Positions 55,910 to 64,000 of a stretch of 64,000 nt of DNA are shown piece by piece. The DNA lies in NCBI GenBank assembly GCA_016204255.1, contig JACQLA010000005.1, forward strand, positions 68,339 through 132,338. Reading direction: 5' to 3'. Made by a program: the position numbers and the translations under genes. The notes beneath the pieces are model-generated. The model saw nothing but the letters and a program-made list of their open reading frames with translations. It made no database searches and was not told the DNA's origin. Each line of letters begins with the position of its first letter. Position 1 is the stretch's first letter. This DNA comes from Candidatus Microgenomates bacterium (GTDB lineage: Bacteria; Patescibacteriota; Microgenomatia; JACQLA01).

Positions 55910-57478
55910 TTATTGGGCAGCAACGTTATAAGTGGAGAGAATCTGCTTAACTCCCTTAGCGGCAGTTTCAAGCGCAGACTTGGGGCTAACTCCGCGATTG
56001 ACGGAATTAACGGCGTCCTCAAGATATTTAATCCCCTTATCATTTATCCCATTGTCAAAAGTCTGGGAGCTAAAATAAAAAGATTGTGCATCGGATGCTT
56101 GTTTAATATAGGGCCAAATATAGGGATCGTTTTCTAAACTCGAGGCCAAATCTTGTCGACTATAAGGCTCACCAAAGGTTCGAGTTTTGGCAATTTCGGT
56201 GTAAAACTTTACCATAGTGTCTTTCTGAGAAAGATATTTTAAAAATTCCCATGCTTCTTTCTGATGAGAACTTTTCGCTGAAACACCCTCTGCCCAATAA
56301 CTCGCCCAGGTGATATTTGATCCGGGCAGCTGAGGAACCGGCAAAACTTTAAATTTAAGATCGGGATTTATGGCCTTAATTTTTAGAATTTGCCAAGAGG
56401 GGGCAAAAATCATAGCCACTTTCCCCGCGGCAAAAGCCTCGGTCGAAGCGGGCAGGATTTCATCCCAAACTTTATTATCGCCTTGAGCAAAAGAAGTGTA
56501 AAAAGTAAGAGCGTCTTCGGCTAATTTTCCCTGGGGATTTTTTAAATCTACTCCATTTTGGAGAAGCATTAGCGCTAAAATATCGCTCCAACCATCAATA
56601 TTGGCGGTCAAACCCAGAGCCGCACCGGCAGTCTTAATTCGCCCCTGTTGATCTTTGACCGTCAACAGATAAGCAGCTTTTTGCAAATCGAGCCAGTTAG
56701 CTGGCGGTGGTAAACTGGCTTCTTTAAAAATCTCCTCATTATATAATAACGCCAAGCCATCAACCTCCAGAGGGATGCCGTAATAATTATTACCCATTTT
56801 TAAGTCTCTCGTTGCAACCGGATAGAAGATTTTTTGGAAGTCATTTGCGGAATAAACATTTGAAGGAACCGGTGAAAGCCCGGTTTTAAGCATTGGCAAC
56901 CAAGTATTATGGAACCGGAAAAGATCGGGCCCGTCACTACGAACCAAGGCCGCTTGGAGTCTTTCGCGATACTCTTTGGGGCTTTGTTTTTTGTAAACAA
57001 TCTTAACTCCCCGGTGGCTTTTCTCAAAATCAGTGATTATTGACTGTACTACTTTTTCATCCTCCCAAAGACCCCAGTAAGTAAGGTTCACTCCTCCCGG
57101 CCTCATGCTGGCCGGCAAGACGGGCAAAACAAATTTCCAAATCCCAAAACCCAGCCCTCCCAAAAAAATAAGAATTAAAAGAAAAATTAACAACCTCTTT
57201 AAAGAACTCCAGGCTGAAGTGGTAACCACGCCTGGCGGCGGCGATACCGGAGGATTGTTTTCTACCGAAGCGCTTTCTCCCGTAGGAGACGAGGAAACAG
57301 GCGGGGATACAGGCCGAAGGGGATGAAAATTTGTTAAGGGCGTGTAACTGCTGGCTGGAGTTGAAGCTTCATTTTTTACCGGGGAAAATCCCGGAGGAAC
57401 TGTTGCTGCTTTTGGAGCAGATGCGGACTGTCCAGGCAAGATATCGCTCGGGCCGGTTTTAGGATCAAAATTAGCCAT
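55910..57478 (-). CDS. membrane-anchored extracellular solute-binding protein (ABC SBP family 1-like)
   Basis: A ~100-aa Pro/Ser-rich N-terminus and a TM helix are followed by an SBP fold (LTYWGLWE...PDLFRFHNTW...). No permease or ATPase gene is adjacent. Confidence 0.75.
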   Translation of the reverse strand: MANFDPKTGPSDILPGQSASAPKAATVPPGFSPVKNEASTPASSYTPLTNFHPLRPVSPPVSSSPTGESASVENNPPVSPPPGVVTTSAWSSLKRLLIFLLILIFLGGLGFGIWKFVLPVLPASMRPGGVNLTYWGLWEDEKVVQSIITDFEKSHRGVKIVYKKQSPKEYRERLQAALVRSDGPDLFRFHNTWLPMLKTGLSPVPSNVYSANDFQKIFYPVATRDLKMGNNYYGIPLEVDGLALLYNEEIFKEASLPPPANWLDLQKAAYLLTVKDQQGRIKTAGAALGLTANIDGWSDILALMLLQNGVDLKNPQGKLAEDALTFYTSFAQGDNKVWDEILPASTEAFAAGKVAMIFAPSWQILKIKAINPDLKFKVLPVPQLPGSNITWASYWAEGVSAKSSHQKEAWEFLKYLSQKDTMVKFYTEIAKTRTFGEPYSRQDLASSLENDPYIWPYIKQASDAQSFYFSSQTFDNGINDKGIKYLEDAVNSVNRGVSPKSALETAAKGVKQILSTYNVAAQ

Positions 57479-57509
57479 TTATGGTATCATATAACAAACA
57501 AAAAATAAA

Positions 57510-58919
57510 ATGCAAGCGAAATTATGGCGAAAAAAAATTAAAATTTGGAGAAAAATCTTTTTCTTCACTCTGGGCATCACCTTCGGCGGTTTTTTCACAC
57601 TAACTACCTTTATTATCGTCTGGGAACGTCAGTTTGACGGCCGGGTCTATTCCGGAGTTAGAATTTCGGGAAAGGATTTTGGAGGCAAAACCCCGAAAGA
57701 GGTGGAAGATTTTTTCAAGCAAAAAAACAGCGAGCTTTCTTTTCAATTCACCTTCAGTCACCAAAGCACTATCTCTACTTTAAGCGCTCAGGATTTGGAT
57801 TGGGGATATAACGAAAAATTAATCGCCGCTCAAGCTTTTTATTTTGGCCGTTCAGGCCATTTATTTTCTGATCTTTATTTTAAAACTTTAGCCTTAAGAA
57901 ACGGTTTTGATATTAATCCTGCCTATTATTACAACGATGTAAGGCTCACCTCGCTGCTATCAAAACTTGGTGAAAAAATTGATATCCCCGCCCAGGAAGG
58001 GCTTTTTCAATACAGTAGCGGCAAAGTTACCGCTTTCCGTCCCTCCCGGGCCGGACAAATCCTAGACATCGAGGAAGCCAAGAAAAATTTCGCTGATAGT
58101 TTCAAAATTATTAACACCGGCACTTCATCGTCGCTGTTTGTTTTAAAACTTCCGGTAAAAAAAATTGAACCAAAAGTAACTACCGAAAATGCCAATAATC
58201 TCGGCATTAAGGAACTTGTGGCCAGCGGGTCATCGCGTTTTGTCGGCTCAATCCCTAACCGAATCCACAATATTCAACTGGCTGCTTCCCGCTTAAACGG
58301 AATTTTAGTGGCTCCGGGGGAAGAATTCTCTTTCAATAATACTTTGGGGGATGTTTCAAAATTTACCGGCTATAAAGAAGCCTATGTTATTCAAAATGGT
58401 CGAACAGTCTTAGGCGATGGCGGTGGAGTTTGCCAGGTTTCGACTACTCTTTTTCGCGCGCTTTTAAATGCCGGCTTGCCGATTACTGAACGTCACCCTC
58501 ATTCCTATCGAGTAGGCTACTATGAGCAGGGGTCGCCAGTGGGCTTGGATGCCTCGGTTTATGCTCCCAACTGGGATTTAAAATTTAGAAATGACACTGG
58601 CTCTTATCTTCTTATCCAGTCAGTATTTAATCTGCGGGATGCCTCGCTGGTCTTTGAACTTTATGGTCAAAATGACGGCCGAACGGCCATAATCACCACA
58701 CCACAAATTACAAATCAAAAACCACCGCCTGAAGATTTATACCAGGATGGTCCAACCTTACCCAAAGGCGAGCTAAAACAGGTCGACTGGAAAGCCTGGG
58801 GGGCAGATGTTTCTTTTTCCCGGGTGGTTAAAAAGGGCGAGGAGACATTAATTTCTGAAAAATTCAACTCCCGTTATCAACCTTGGCAATCTGTCTTTTT
58901 GCGCGGAACCAAAGAATGA
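57510..58919 (+). CDS. VanW-family protein
   Basis: It has an N-terminal TM helix and the VanW core GGGVCQVSTTLFRALLNAGLPITERHPHSY. Confidence 0.87.
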   Translation: MQAKLWRKKIKIWRKIFFFTLGITFGGFFTLTTFIIVWERQFDGRVYSGVRISGKDFGGKTPKEVEDFFKQKNSELSFQFTFSHQSTISTLSAQDLDWGYNEKLIAAQAFYFGRSGHLFSDLYFKTLALRNGFDINPAYYYNDVRLTSLLSKLGEKIDIPAQEGLFQYSSGKVTAFRPSRAGQILDIEEAKKNFADSFKIINTGTSSSLFVLKLPVKKIEPKVTTENANNLGIKELVASGSSRFVGSIPNRIHNIQLAASRLNGILVAPGEEFSFNNTLGDVSKFTGYKEAYVIQNGRTVLGDGGGVCQVSTTLFRALLNAGLPITERHPHSYRVGYYEQGSPVGLDASVYAPNWDLKFRNDTGSYLLIQSVFNLRDASLVFELYGQNDGRTAIITTPQITNQKPPPEDLYQDGPTLPKGELKQVDWKAWGADVSFSRVVKKGEETLISEKFNSRYQPWQSVFLRGTKE

Positions 58920-59054
58920 AAATAAGAAACTTTAGAGCACTAAATTCTAAACAAATCTTAATAACCAACATCCAAAAAATCAAAATTGTTTTTGAGCCTT
59001 TTAAAATTTGAGTTTTAAATTTGTTTCGAATTTCGATATTGGGATTTAGGATTT

Positions 59055-59540
59055 ATGAGTAAAATAATCCGTCTAACTAAAGCTACCACAATAAGCCAAA
59101 AATTAAGGGGTGCCGGAAAAACTATAGTCTTGGTTGGTGGTTGTTTTGATATTCTTCATTTAGGGCATATTAAATTCCTGGAGGAAGCAAAAAAAGCGGA
59201 CGGCATCCTTTTTATCGCCTTAGAAAGCGATCATAATGTTCGTCGGCGTAAAGGAGGCGCCCGCCCGATAAACTCTCAGAAAGACCGGGCTAAAATTCTG
59301 GCTGCCTTAAAACATGTCGATTTTGTGATCCTTCTACCCGACATGCGAGGATTCGATAATTATTTTGAGATGGTTGAAACAATCAATCCGCATTTCATTG
59401 CCGTCACCGAGGGTGATTATCATTTTGATCTTAAAAAAAGGCAGGCGGAAAAAATAGGCGCTCAAATTTTGGTTGTCACGCCCGTTTTACGAACAAAATC
59501 CACTACCAAGATTGCTCAACTTTTGGAAAAGGAAATCTAA
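59055..59540 (+). CDS. cytidylyltransferase-like (HxGH nucleotidyltransferase superfamily) protein
   Basis: The segment VLVGGCFDILHLGHIKFLEEAKK is present. The 161-aa single domain is RfaE-II/TagD-like. Confidence 0.78.
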   Translation: MSKIIRLTKATTISQKLRGAGKTIVLVGGCFDILHLGHIKFLEEAKKADGILFIALESDHNVRRRKGGARPINSQKDRAKILAALKHVDFVILLPDMRGFDNYFEMVETINPHFIAVTEGDYHFDLKKRQAEKIGAQILVVTPVLRTKSTTKIAQLLEKEI

Positions 59541-59562
59541 TTCTGAATTTAAGGAGAGAAAA

Positions 59563-60723
59563 ATGCGTATCTTAGGAATTGAGAGCTCTTGTGATGAAAC
59601 CGGGGCGGCGATTGTCGAAGACGGAACAAAAATTTTATCCAATATTGTTGCCTCCTCTCAGGAATTACATATAAAAACCGGTGGCATTATTCCGGAAGTT
59701 GCCTCGCGCGAACAAATCAAATATATTGTTCCGGTCATCAATCAAGCACTTAAAGGAGCACTTCCTGAAACTCTAAACTCTGCGCCATATGTCCTGTCTC
59801 AAATAGACGCCATCGCAGTTACGGTTGGCCCAGGACTCATCGGCTCACTTTTGGTCGGCGTGGAAACAGCCAAAACATTGGCCTACCTTTGGAATAAACC
59901 GATTATCCCCGCTAACCATTTACTCGCTCATCTTTATGCTAACTGGGTCTCTCCCTTGTTATCGCAAGACCATAAAGTGGCGAAGCAATCCCTTAATCTC
60001 AATAGTAAGATTGCCGCGTCGCCTACGGCTCCTCGCAATGACGAATCTCAAACTCCAAGCTTCCCCGCCGTCGCTTTGATTGCTTCCGGCGGTCATACCG
60101 ACCTCCTTTTAATAAAGAATCACGGTAAAATCCGGTGGCTGGGAGGAACACGGGATGACGCGGCCGGTGAGGCTTTTGACAAAATCGCCCGACTTTTAGA
60201 ACTCCCCTATCCCGGCGGACCGGAAATTGCGGCCGAAGCCACAAAACTAAAAACTAAAAACTTAAAACTTACAATTAAGTTGCCGCGCCCATTGATGGAC
60301 GCCGATGATTTTGACTTCAGTTTTAGTGGACTAAAAACCGCTGTTTTAAGAGAAGTCAATAATCTCAAGGCTAAACACTATAATGATACATATTATTATA
60401 GTGAAATAATTCCTTCACTCGCCTACGAGGTTCAAGAGGCCATTACGGATGTTTTAGTTACTAAAACCATCCGCGCCGCCCAAAAATATCGGGTTAAATC
60501 AATCTTACTCGGCGGCGGTGTTGTGGCCAATGAAAGACTTCGAGAAAAAATGTCAAAATCTGTTCTTAAGTTTTTTGGTTCTTCAGTTTCAATGTTTGTG
60601 CCTCCGACCCGATTGTGCACCGATAATGCCGTCGTCATCGCTTCAGCCGCCTTTTTTAATTATAAACCTGTTCCTTGGAAAAAAATCCAAGCCCACCCGG
60701 ATCTTTACTTCCAGTCTCAATAG
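59563..60723 (+). CDS. tsaD: tRNA N6-adenosine threonylcarbamoyltransferase TsaD, with an internal ~30-aa insertion
   Basis: The motifs MRILGIESSCDETGAAIVE, GPGLIGSLLVG, ANHLLAH, SGGHT, DDAAGEAFDK and YPGGP are present. An SD sequence (aaggagag) lies upstream of the ATG at 59563, so the track start at 59473 is not used. Confidence 0.93.
   Translation: MRILGIESSCDETGAAIVEDGTKILSNIVASSQELHIKTGGIIPEVASREQIKYIVPVINQALKGALPETLNSAPYVLSQIDAIAVTVGPGLIGSLLVGVETAKTLAYLWNKPIIPANHLLAHLYANWVSPLLSQDHKVAKQSLNLNSKIAASPTAPRNDESQTPSFPAVALIASGGHTDLLLIKNHGKIRWLGGTRDDAAGEAFDKIARLLELPYPGGPEIAAEATKLKTKNLKLTIKLPRPLMDADDFDFSFSGLKTAVLREVNNLKAKHYNDTYYYSEIIPSLAYEVQEAITDVLVTKTIRAAQKYRVKSILLGGGVVANERLREKMSKSVLKFFGSSVSMFVPPTRLCTDNAVVIASAAFFNYKPVPWKKIQAHPDLYFQSQ
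59958..60042. repeat. GTCATT-type palindromic element copy embedded in frame in tsaD
   Basis: The sequence gttatcgcaag...ggcgaagcaatcc...aagattgcc...ctcgcaatgac is colinear with element b at 41852-41956. Confidence 0.7.
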
Positions 60724-60789
60724 ATAATTTAGATGATTCTATAGCCCGCAGAGGACGTCTCGCTAAAAATATGTTAAAATCCTCATCGT

Positions 60790-60957
60790 ATGGCAATCCC
60801 TTTTCTCGAGCGAGTCGGTCGGAGCGTAGATCACTTTATTCAGCGGCGGCTTACCCCTCCAGAGGAAAAAGACGCACTCGAAATAGATTTAGCTCAGCAA
60901 GAGTTAGAAGCTTCCGAAAGGAAAATGGCTGGCAAAAATATTGACAAAAAGATCTAG
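60790..60957 (+). CDS. possible unannotated small ORF (55 aa)
   Basis: I translated ATG..TAG by hand as MAIPFLERVGRSVDHFIQRRLTPPEEKDALEIDLAQQELEASERKMAGKNIDKKI. It fills most of the 248-nt tsaD-valS gap. There is no clear SD sequence. Confidence 0.25.
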   Translation: MAIPFLERVGRSVDHFIQRRLTPPEEKDALEIDLAQQELEASERKMAGKNIDKKI

Positions 60958-60971
60958 GAAGCCGTCAAAAT

Positions 60972-63467
60972 ATGGATAAAACTTACAATTTTAAACAATC
61001 TGAGGAAAAATGGTATTCTTTTTGGGAAAAAGAGGGCTTTTTTAAGCCGAAAGTTGATCAAAAAAACCTGCCTGCTCGCCTCACGGCGAAGCGGGCCGGC
61101 AAGACAGGGAAGCCTTTTGTGATTGTCATTCCCCCACCCAACATTACCGGCTCATTACATATGGGCCACGCCCTTAATAATACTGTCCAGGATATTTTAA
61201 TCCGTCTCAGTCGAATGAAGGGCAACCCGACTCTTTGGATTCCCGGAACGGACCATGCCGGTATCGCCACCCAAAATGTGGTTGAGAAGAATTTAGCTAA
61301 AGAAGGAAAAAGTCGTTTTGACCTAGGTAAAGAGCAATTTGTTGAAAGGGTTTGGGAATGGAAAGAAAAGTATGGACATATCATTACCGACCAACTGAAA
61401 ACTTTAGGTTGTTCTTGCGACTGGTCGCGCCAGCGCTTTACAATGGATGAAAATTACCTTAAGGCTGTTAATGAGGCCTTTCGCCATTACTGGGAAAAGG
61501 GCTGGATCTATCGAGGCGAACGCTGTATCAACTGGTGTCCTCGCTGTGGAACAAGCCTTTCCGACCTTGAAGTAGTTTATAAAGAGGAAGAGGCAAAACT
61601 TTACTACATTAAGTATGGGCCAATAACGATTGCCACTGTCCGCCCAGAAACCAAATTGGGTGACACCGCCGTCGCCGTCAACCCCAAAGATCCCCGCTAT
61701 AAAGAATTTATCGACAAGACTATCGATATTCAGACCGTCTTGGGCCCGGCCAAAATGAAGGTTATTGCTGATGAGTCGATTGATACGAAATTCGGCACTG
61801 GTGCAATGAAAGTTACCCCGGCCCATGACCCCCATGATTTCGAACTGGGGGAAAAACATGGTCTTGAAAGAAAGCAGGTTATTGGGCCTGATGGCCGAAT
61901 GACCCAACTTGCCGGTAAATACGCCGGGTTAAAGGTAAGCGAGGCAAGAACACAGATTATTGAGGAGATGGAAAAAATTGGGATTTTGGAAAAAGTCGAG
62001 CCCTACCATCACAATGTCGCCACTTGCTATCGCTGTGGCAGAGTCTTGGAACCCTTGCTTTCAAAACAGTGGTTTTTAAAAATGGCTGATTTGGCAAAGC
62101 CGGCGATTAAGGTTGTTGTAGAGGGAAAAATTAAATTTGTCCCCTCCCGCTGGAAAAAAGTCTATCTTGACTGGCTGAAAAATATTCGGGATTGGTGTAT
62201 CTCGCGTCAAATTTGGTGGGGCATCCAGATCCCCGTTTGGCATTGCGGTGGACTGGAAAAAAGTGGACTTTACCGTCTTGGATTTCATGAAAGCGTCGTA
62301 CCGCAGGTTTTTGCCGACAAGACCAAAACCTACCGTCTGCGTGATCATCTGTTAAAAGTCGGGCAAGAGGTAGCTTTTGAGAATAGCCAGACTAAAAAAC
62401 TTTTTGGCTATGGGAAAATTACAAATATTGAACACACAACGGTTGGAGAAATTCAATTGGATGACCCGGCCCACAGTGCCACTTATCAAACCCGCCAACA
62501 ACTAATTGCCGCCTTCAAAAGACATCACCCGGAAAAGGAGATAAATGAAGGCACGCCAGCAATAATTTATACTTATCAATTTAAGTCTATTAAAGATTCC
62601 GCTGTCAAAAACGGCTGTGGGGAAATGATTGTTTCTACCGAAAAACCAAAGACATGTCCGACTTGCGGAGGAAGTCGTTTAATCCAGGACGCAGACACTT
62701 TAGACACCTGGTTTTCTTCTGCCCTTTGGCCTTTCGCCACTTTAGGTTGGCCTAAAGAAACTGCGGATTTAAAATATTTCTATCCCACGACCGTTTTATC
62801 AACTGCCCGCGATATTATCTTTCTTTGGGTGGCCCGAATGGTTTTCTCCAGCCTTGAATTTATGGACAAAGAGATTCCTTTTTCCCAGGTCTATATTCAT
62901 CCGACCATTTTTAACAAGGAAGGAAAAAGAATGAGTAAATCTTTGGGGACGGGCGTTGATCCTTTGGAGTTAATTGAAAAATATGGCGCTGACGCAACCC
63001 GCTTTGGTTTGATGTATATGAATACTGGAACTCAAGATATTAAATTTTCTGAGGAAGCAATTTTGGCCGCGAGAAATTTTTGCAATAAAATTTGGAATGC
63101 CTCCCGTTTCGTTCTCTCTCAGCCTAAACCCTACCCCCTATCCCCTGGACCCTCTAATCATCCCGACGACCAGTGGATCCTTGAGCAATTGGAGAAAACT
63201 ATTAAGTCGGTAAACGCCGACTTAGATCACTTCCGTTTTGGGCAGGCGGCTCACACTTTATACGACTTTTTCTGGCATGATTTTTGCGATAAGTATTTGG
63301 AGATTAGCAAGAAAAGACGTGAAGAAGCGCAACCGGTCCTGCTGTATGTGTTGGAAAATTCTTTAAAACTTCTCCACCCGTTTATGCCTTTCATCACCGA
63401 GGAAATTTATCAGCTCCTCCCCCATCACGAAAAATCCATAATGACTGCCGACTGGCCTAAGGCATAA
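60972..63467 (+). CDS. valS: valyl-tRNA synthetase with inserted ASCH-like domain; no C-terminal coiled coil
   Basis: It has the HIGH-type motif (PPPNITGSLHMGH), the CP1 editing domain (TVRPETKLGDTAVAVNP and GTGAMKVTPAHDPHDF), the KMSKS-type motif (RMSKSLG) and an anticodon-binding domain. A 123-aa insert lies between Cys425 and Cys549. Confidence 0.95.
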   Translation: MDKTYNFKQSEEKWYSFWEKEGFFKPKVDQKNLPARLTAKRAGKTGKPFVIVIPPPNITGSLHMGHALNNTVQDILIRLSRMKGNPTLWIPGTDHAGIATQNVVEKNLAKEGKSRFDLGKEQFVERVWEWKEKYGHIITDQLKTLGCSCDWSRQRFTMDENYLKAVNEAFRHYWEKGWIYRGERCINWCPRCGTSLSDLEVVYKEEEAKLYYIKYGPITIATVRPETKLGDTAVAVNPKDPRYKEFIDKTIDIQTVLGPAKMKVIADESIDTKFGTGAMKVTPAHDPHDFELGEKHGLERKQVIGPDGRMTQLAGKYAGLKVSEARTQIIEEMEKIGILEKVEPYHHNVATCYRCGRVLEPLLSKQWFLKMADLAKPAIKVVVEGKIKFVPSRWKKVYLDWLKNIRDWCISRQIWWGIQIPVWHCGGLEKSGLYRLGFHESVVPQVFADKTKTYRLRDHLLKVGQEVAFENSQTKKLFGYGKITNIEHTTVGEIQLDDPAHSATYQTRQQLIAAFKRHHPEKEINEGTPAIIYTYQFKSIKDSAVKNGCGEMIVSTEKPKTCPTCGGSRLIQDADTLDTWFSSALWPFATLGWPKETADLKYFYPTTVLSTARDIIFLWVARMVFSSLEFMDKEIPFSQVYIHPTIFNKEGKRMSKSLGTGVDPLELIEKYGADATRFGLMYMNTGTQDIKFSEEAILAARNFCNKIWNASRFVLSQPKPYPLSPGPSNHPDDQWILEQLEKTIKSVNADLDHFRFGQAAHTLYDFFWHDFCDKYLEISKKRREEAQPVLLYVLENSLKLLHPFMPFITEEIYQLLPHHEKSIMTADWPKA

Positions 63468-63510
63468 AGAGACGCGGTAGTTCTTTTTCCACTTTAGTAG
63501 GAACAATAAA

Positions 63511-64000
63511 ATGAGTGCTAGCGAAAGAGGAAAACATTTTTTAACAAAGGTCAATGATGCGTATACTCAACTTAATGCCCGGGCTGAGCTTCTAATGTGG
63601 AAAATTCAAGATGCTGTCGAATATCCTTTAGGGGAATTAAGTGAATTAAAACATGCTCTTACTTTTCCGCTCCTTCTTAAAAGAGGACTTAAGAAAAATC
63701 TAAGTATTTTAGATTGCCAGCCTGAAGAAAGATGGGGAAATCAAGCCCTACGCGATACCGAAAAGTGGCTTTTGGATAAAAAAGCTACTCCCGGCGCAGC
63801 AATTATGATTCCTTTGGGGGCTTGGTTATTAAATTCTCGCTACCTAAAACCCGAGCTCGGAAGCAGTTTTCCGATTGGTATTATGGGACGTCAGGATACA
63901 CATGAAGCACTGGAGGTGGTATATTTCTATCCTTGTCTAATTTCTTTTAATCCTAACCAGCTAGCAGAAATCGGGCAGCGATTTGAAGAGGAATTAAAAC
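63511..64000 (+). CDS. hypothetical protein, 3'-truncated by the window edge
   Basis: I translated it by hand from the ATG at 63511 (MSASERGKHFLTKVNDAYTQLNARAELLMWKIQDAVEYPLGEL...). The frame is open to the end of the window. It is not in the ORF track. Confidence 0.5.
   Translation, partial: MSASERGKHFLTKVNDAYTQLNARAELLMWKIQDAVEYPLGELSELKHALTFPLLLKRGLKKNLSILDCQPEERWGNQALRDTEKWLLDKKATPGAAIMIPLGAWLLNSRYLKPELGSSFPIGIMGRQDTHEALEVVYFYPCLISFNPNQLAEIGQRFEEELK

Noticed and set aside
59473-59562. The upstream alternative start for tsaD, which overlaps the cytidylyltransferase gene.
   Set aside because: The ATG at 59563 gives the canonical MRILGIESSCDET N-terminus and is preceded by AAGGAGAG.
60675-60944. 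An 89-aa Arg/Ser-rich ORF overlapping the tsaD 3' end.
   Set aside because: It overlaps tsaD out of frame, has implausible composition, and has no start context.

Overview
This is an AT-rich, gene-dense bacterial chromosome segment with about 60 protein genes under the standard genetic code. I found no rRNA, tRNA, CRISPR array, transposase or integrase, and no recognisable defence or toxin system.

The gene content points to a reduced Patescibacteria/CPR-like genome with a Gram-positive-type envelope; this is inference only. Supporting features are a short IF-2, a DnaJ without a zinc finger, a Lon AAA+ module without a protease domain, short MetRS and ValRS, many membrane-anchored hypothetical proteins, pilN/pilO parts, and FemAB, LCP, MurJ and L,D-transpeptidase wall genes.

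Recognisable blocks:
- ytxH-like, DUF948, rodZ-like, ftsK, rnj
- nusA-infB-(DHH)-rpsO-pnp
- hrcA-grpE-dnaK-dnaJ and groES-groEL, each with a sigma70-type promoter plus a CIRCE operator
- murJ, rpsT, pilN/pilO-like genes, tpiA
- two UvrD-type helicases, one fused to an Fe-S PD-(D/E)XK nuclease
- a sensor-fused otsA, alkD-like, rmuC, metG, tatD
- a polyprenyl-phosphate glycan cluster (GT2, GT-C, GT4/WecA-like, UbiA/DPPR-synthase-like)
- tsaD and valS

I see no single obvious novel multi-gene system. The strongest unexplained signals are these:
1. A family of GTCATTSCGAG...CTCGSAATGAC palindromic elements. One copy is inserted in frame inside tsaD, and others flank rmuC.
2. Two copies of a three-tier hairpin element with compensatory stem changes, each abutting a stop codon.
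3. An ASCH-like domain inserted into the zinc knuckle of a ValRS that lacks the C-terminal coiled coil.
4. A TM-sensor-HAMP module fused to trehalose-6-phosphate synthase, followed by a protein with a degenerate Fic motif.
5. An orphan hairpin-plus-terminator candidate RNA upstream of a frameshifted membrane gene.
6. Several extended -10 boxes placed 7-9 nt from ATG start codons, which suggests leaderless mRNAs.
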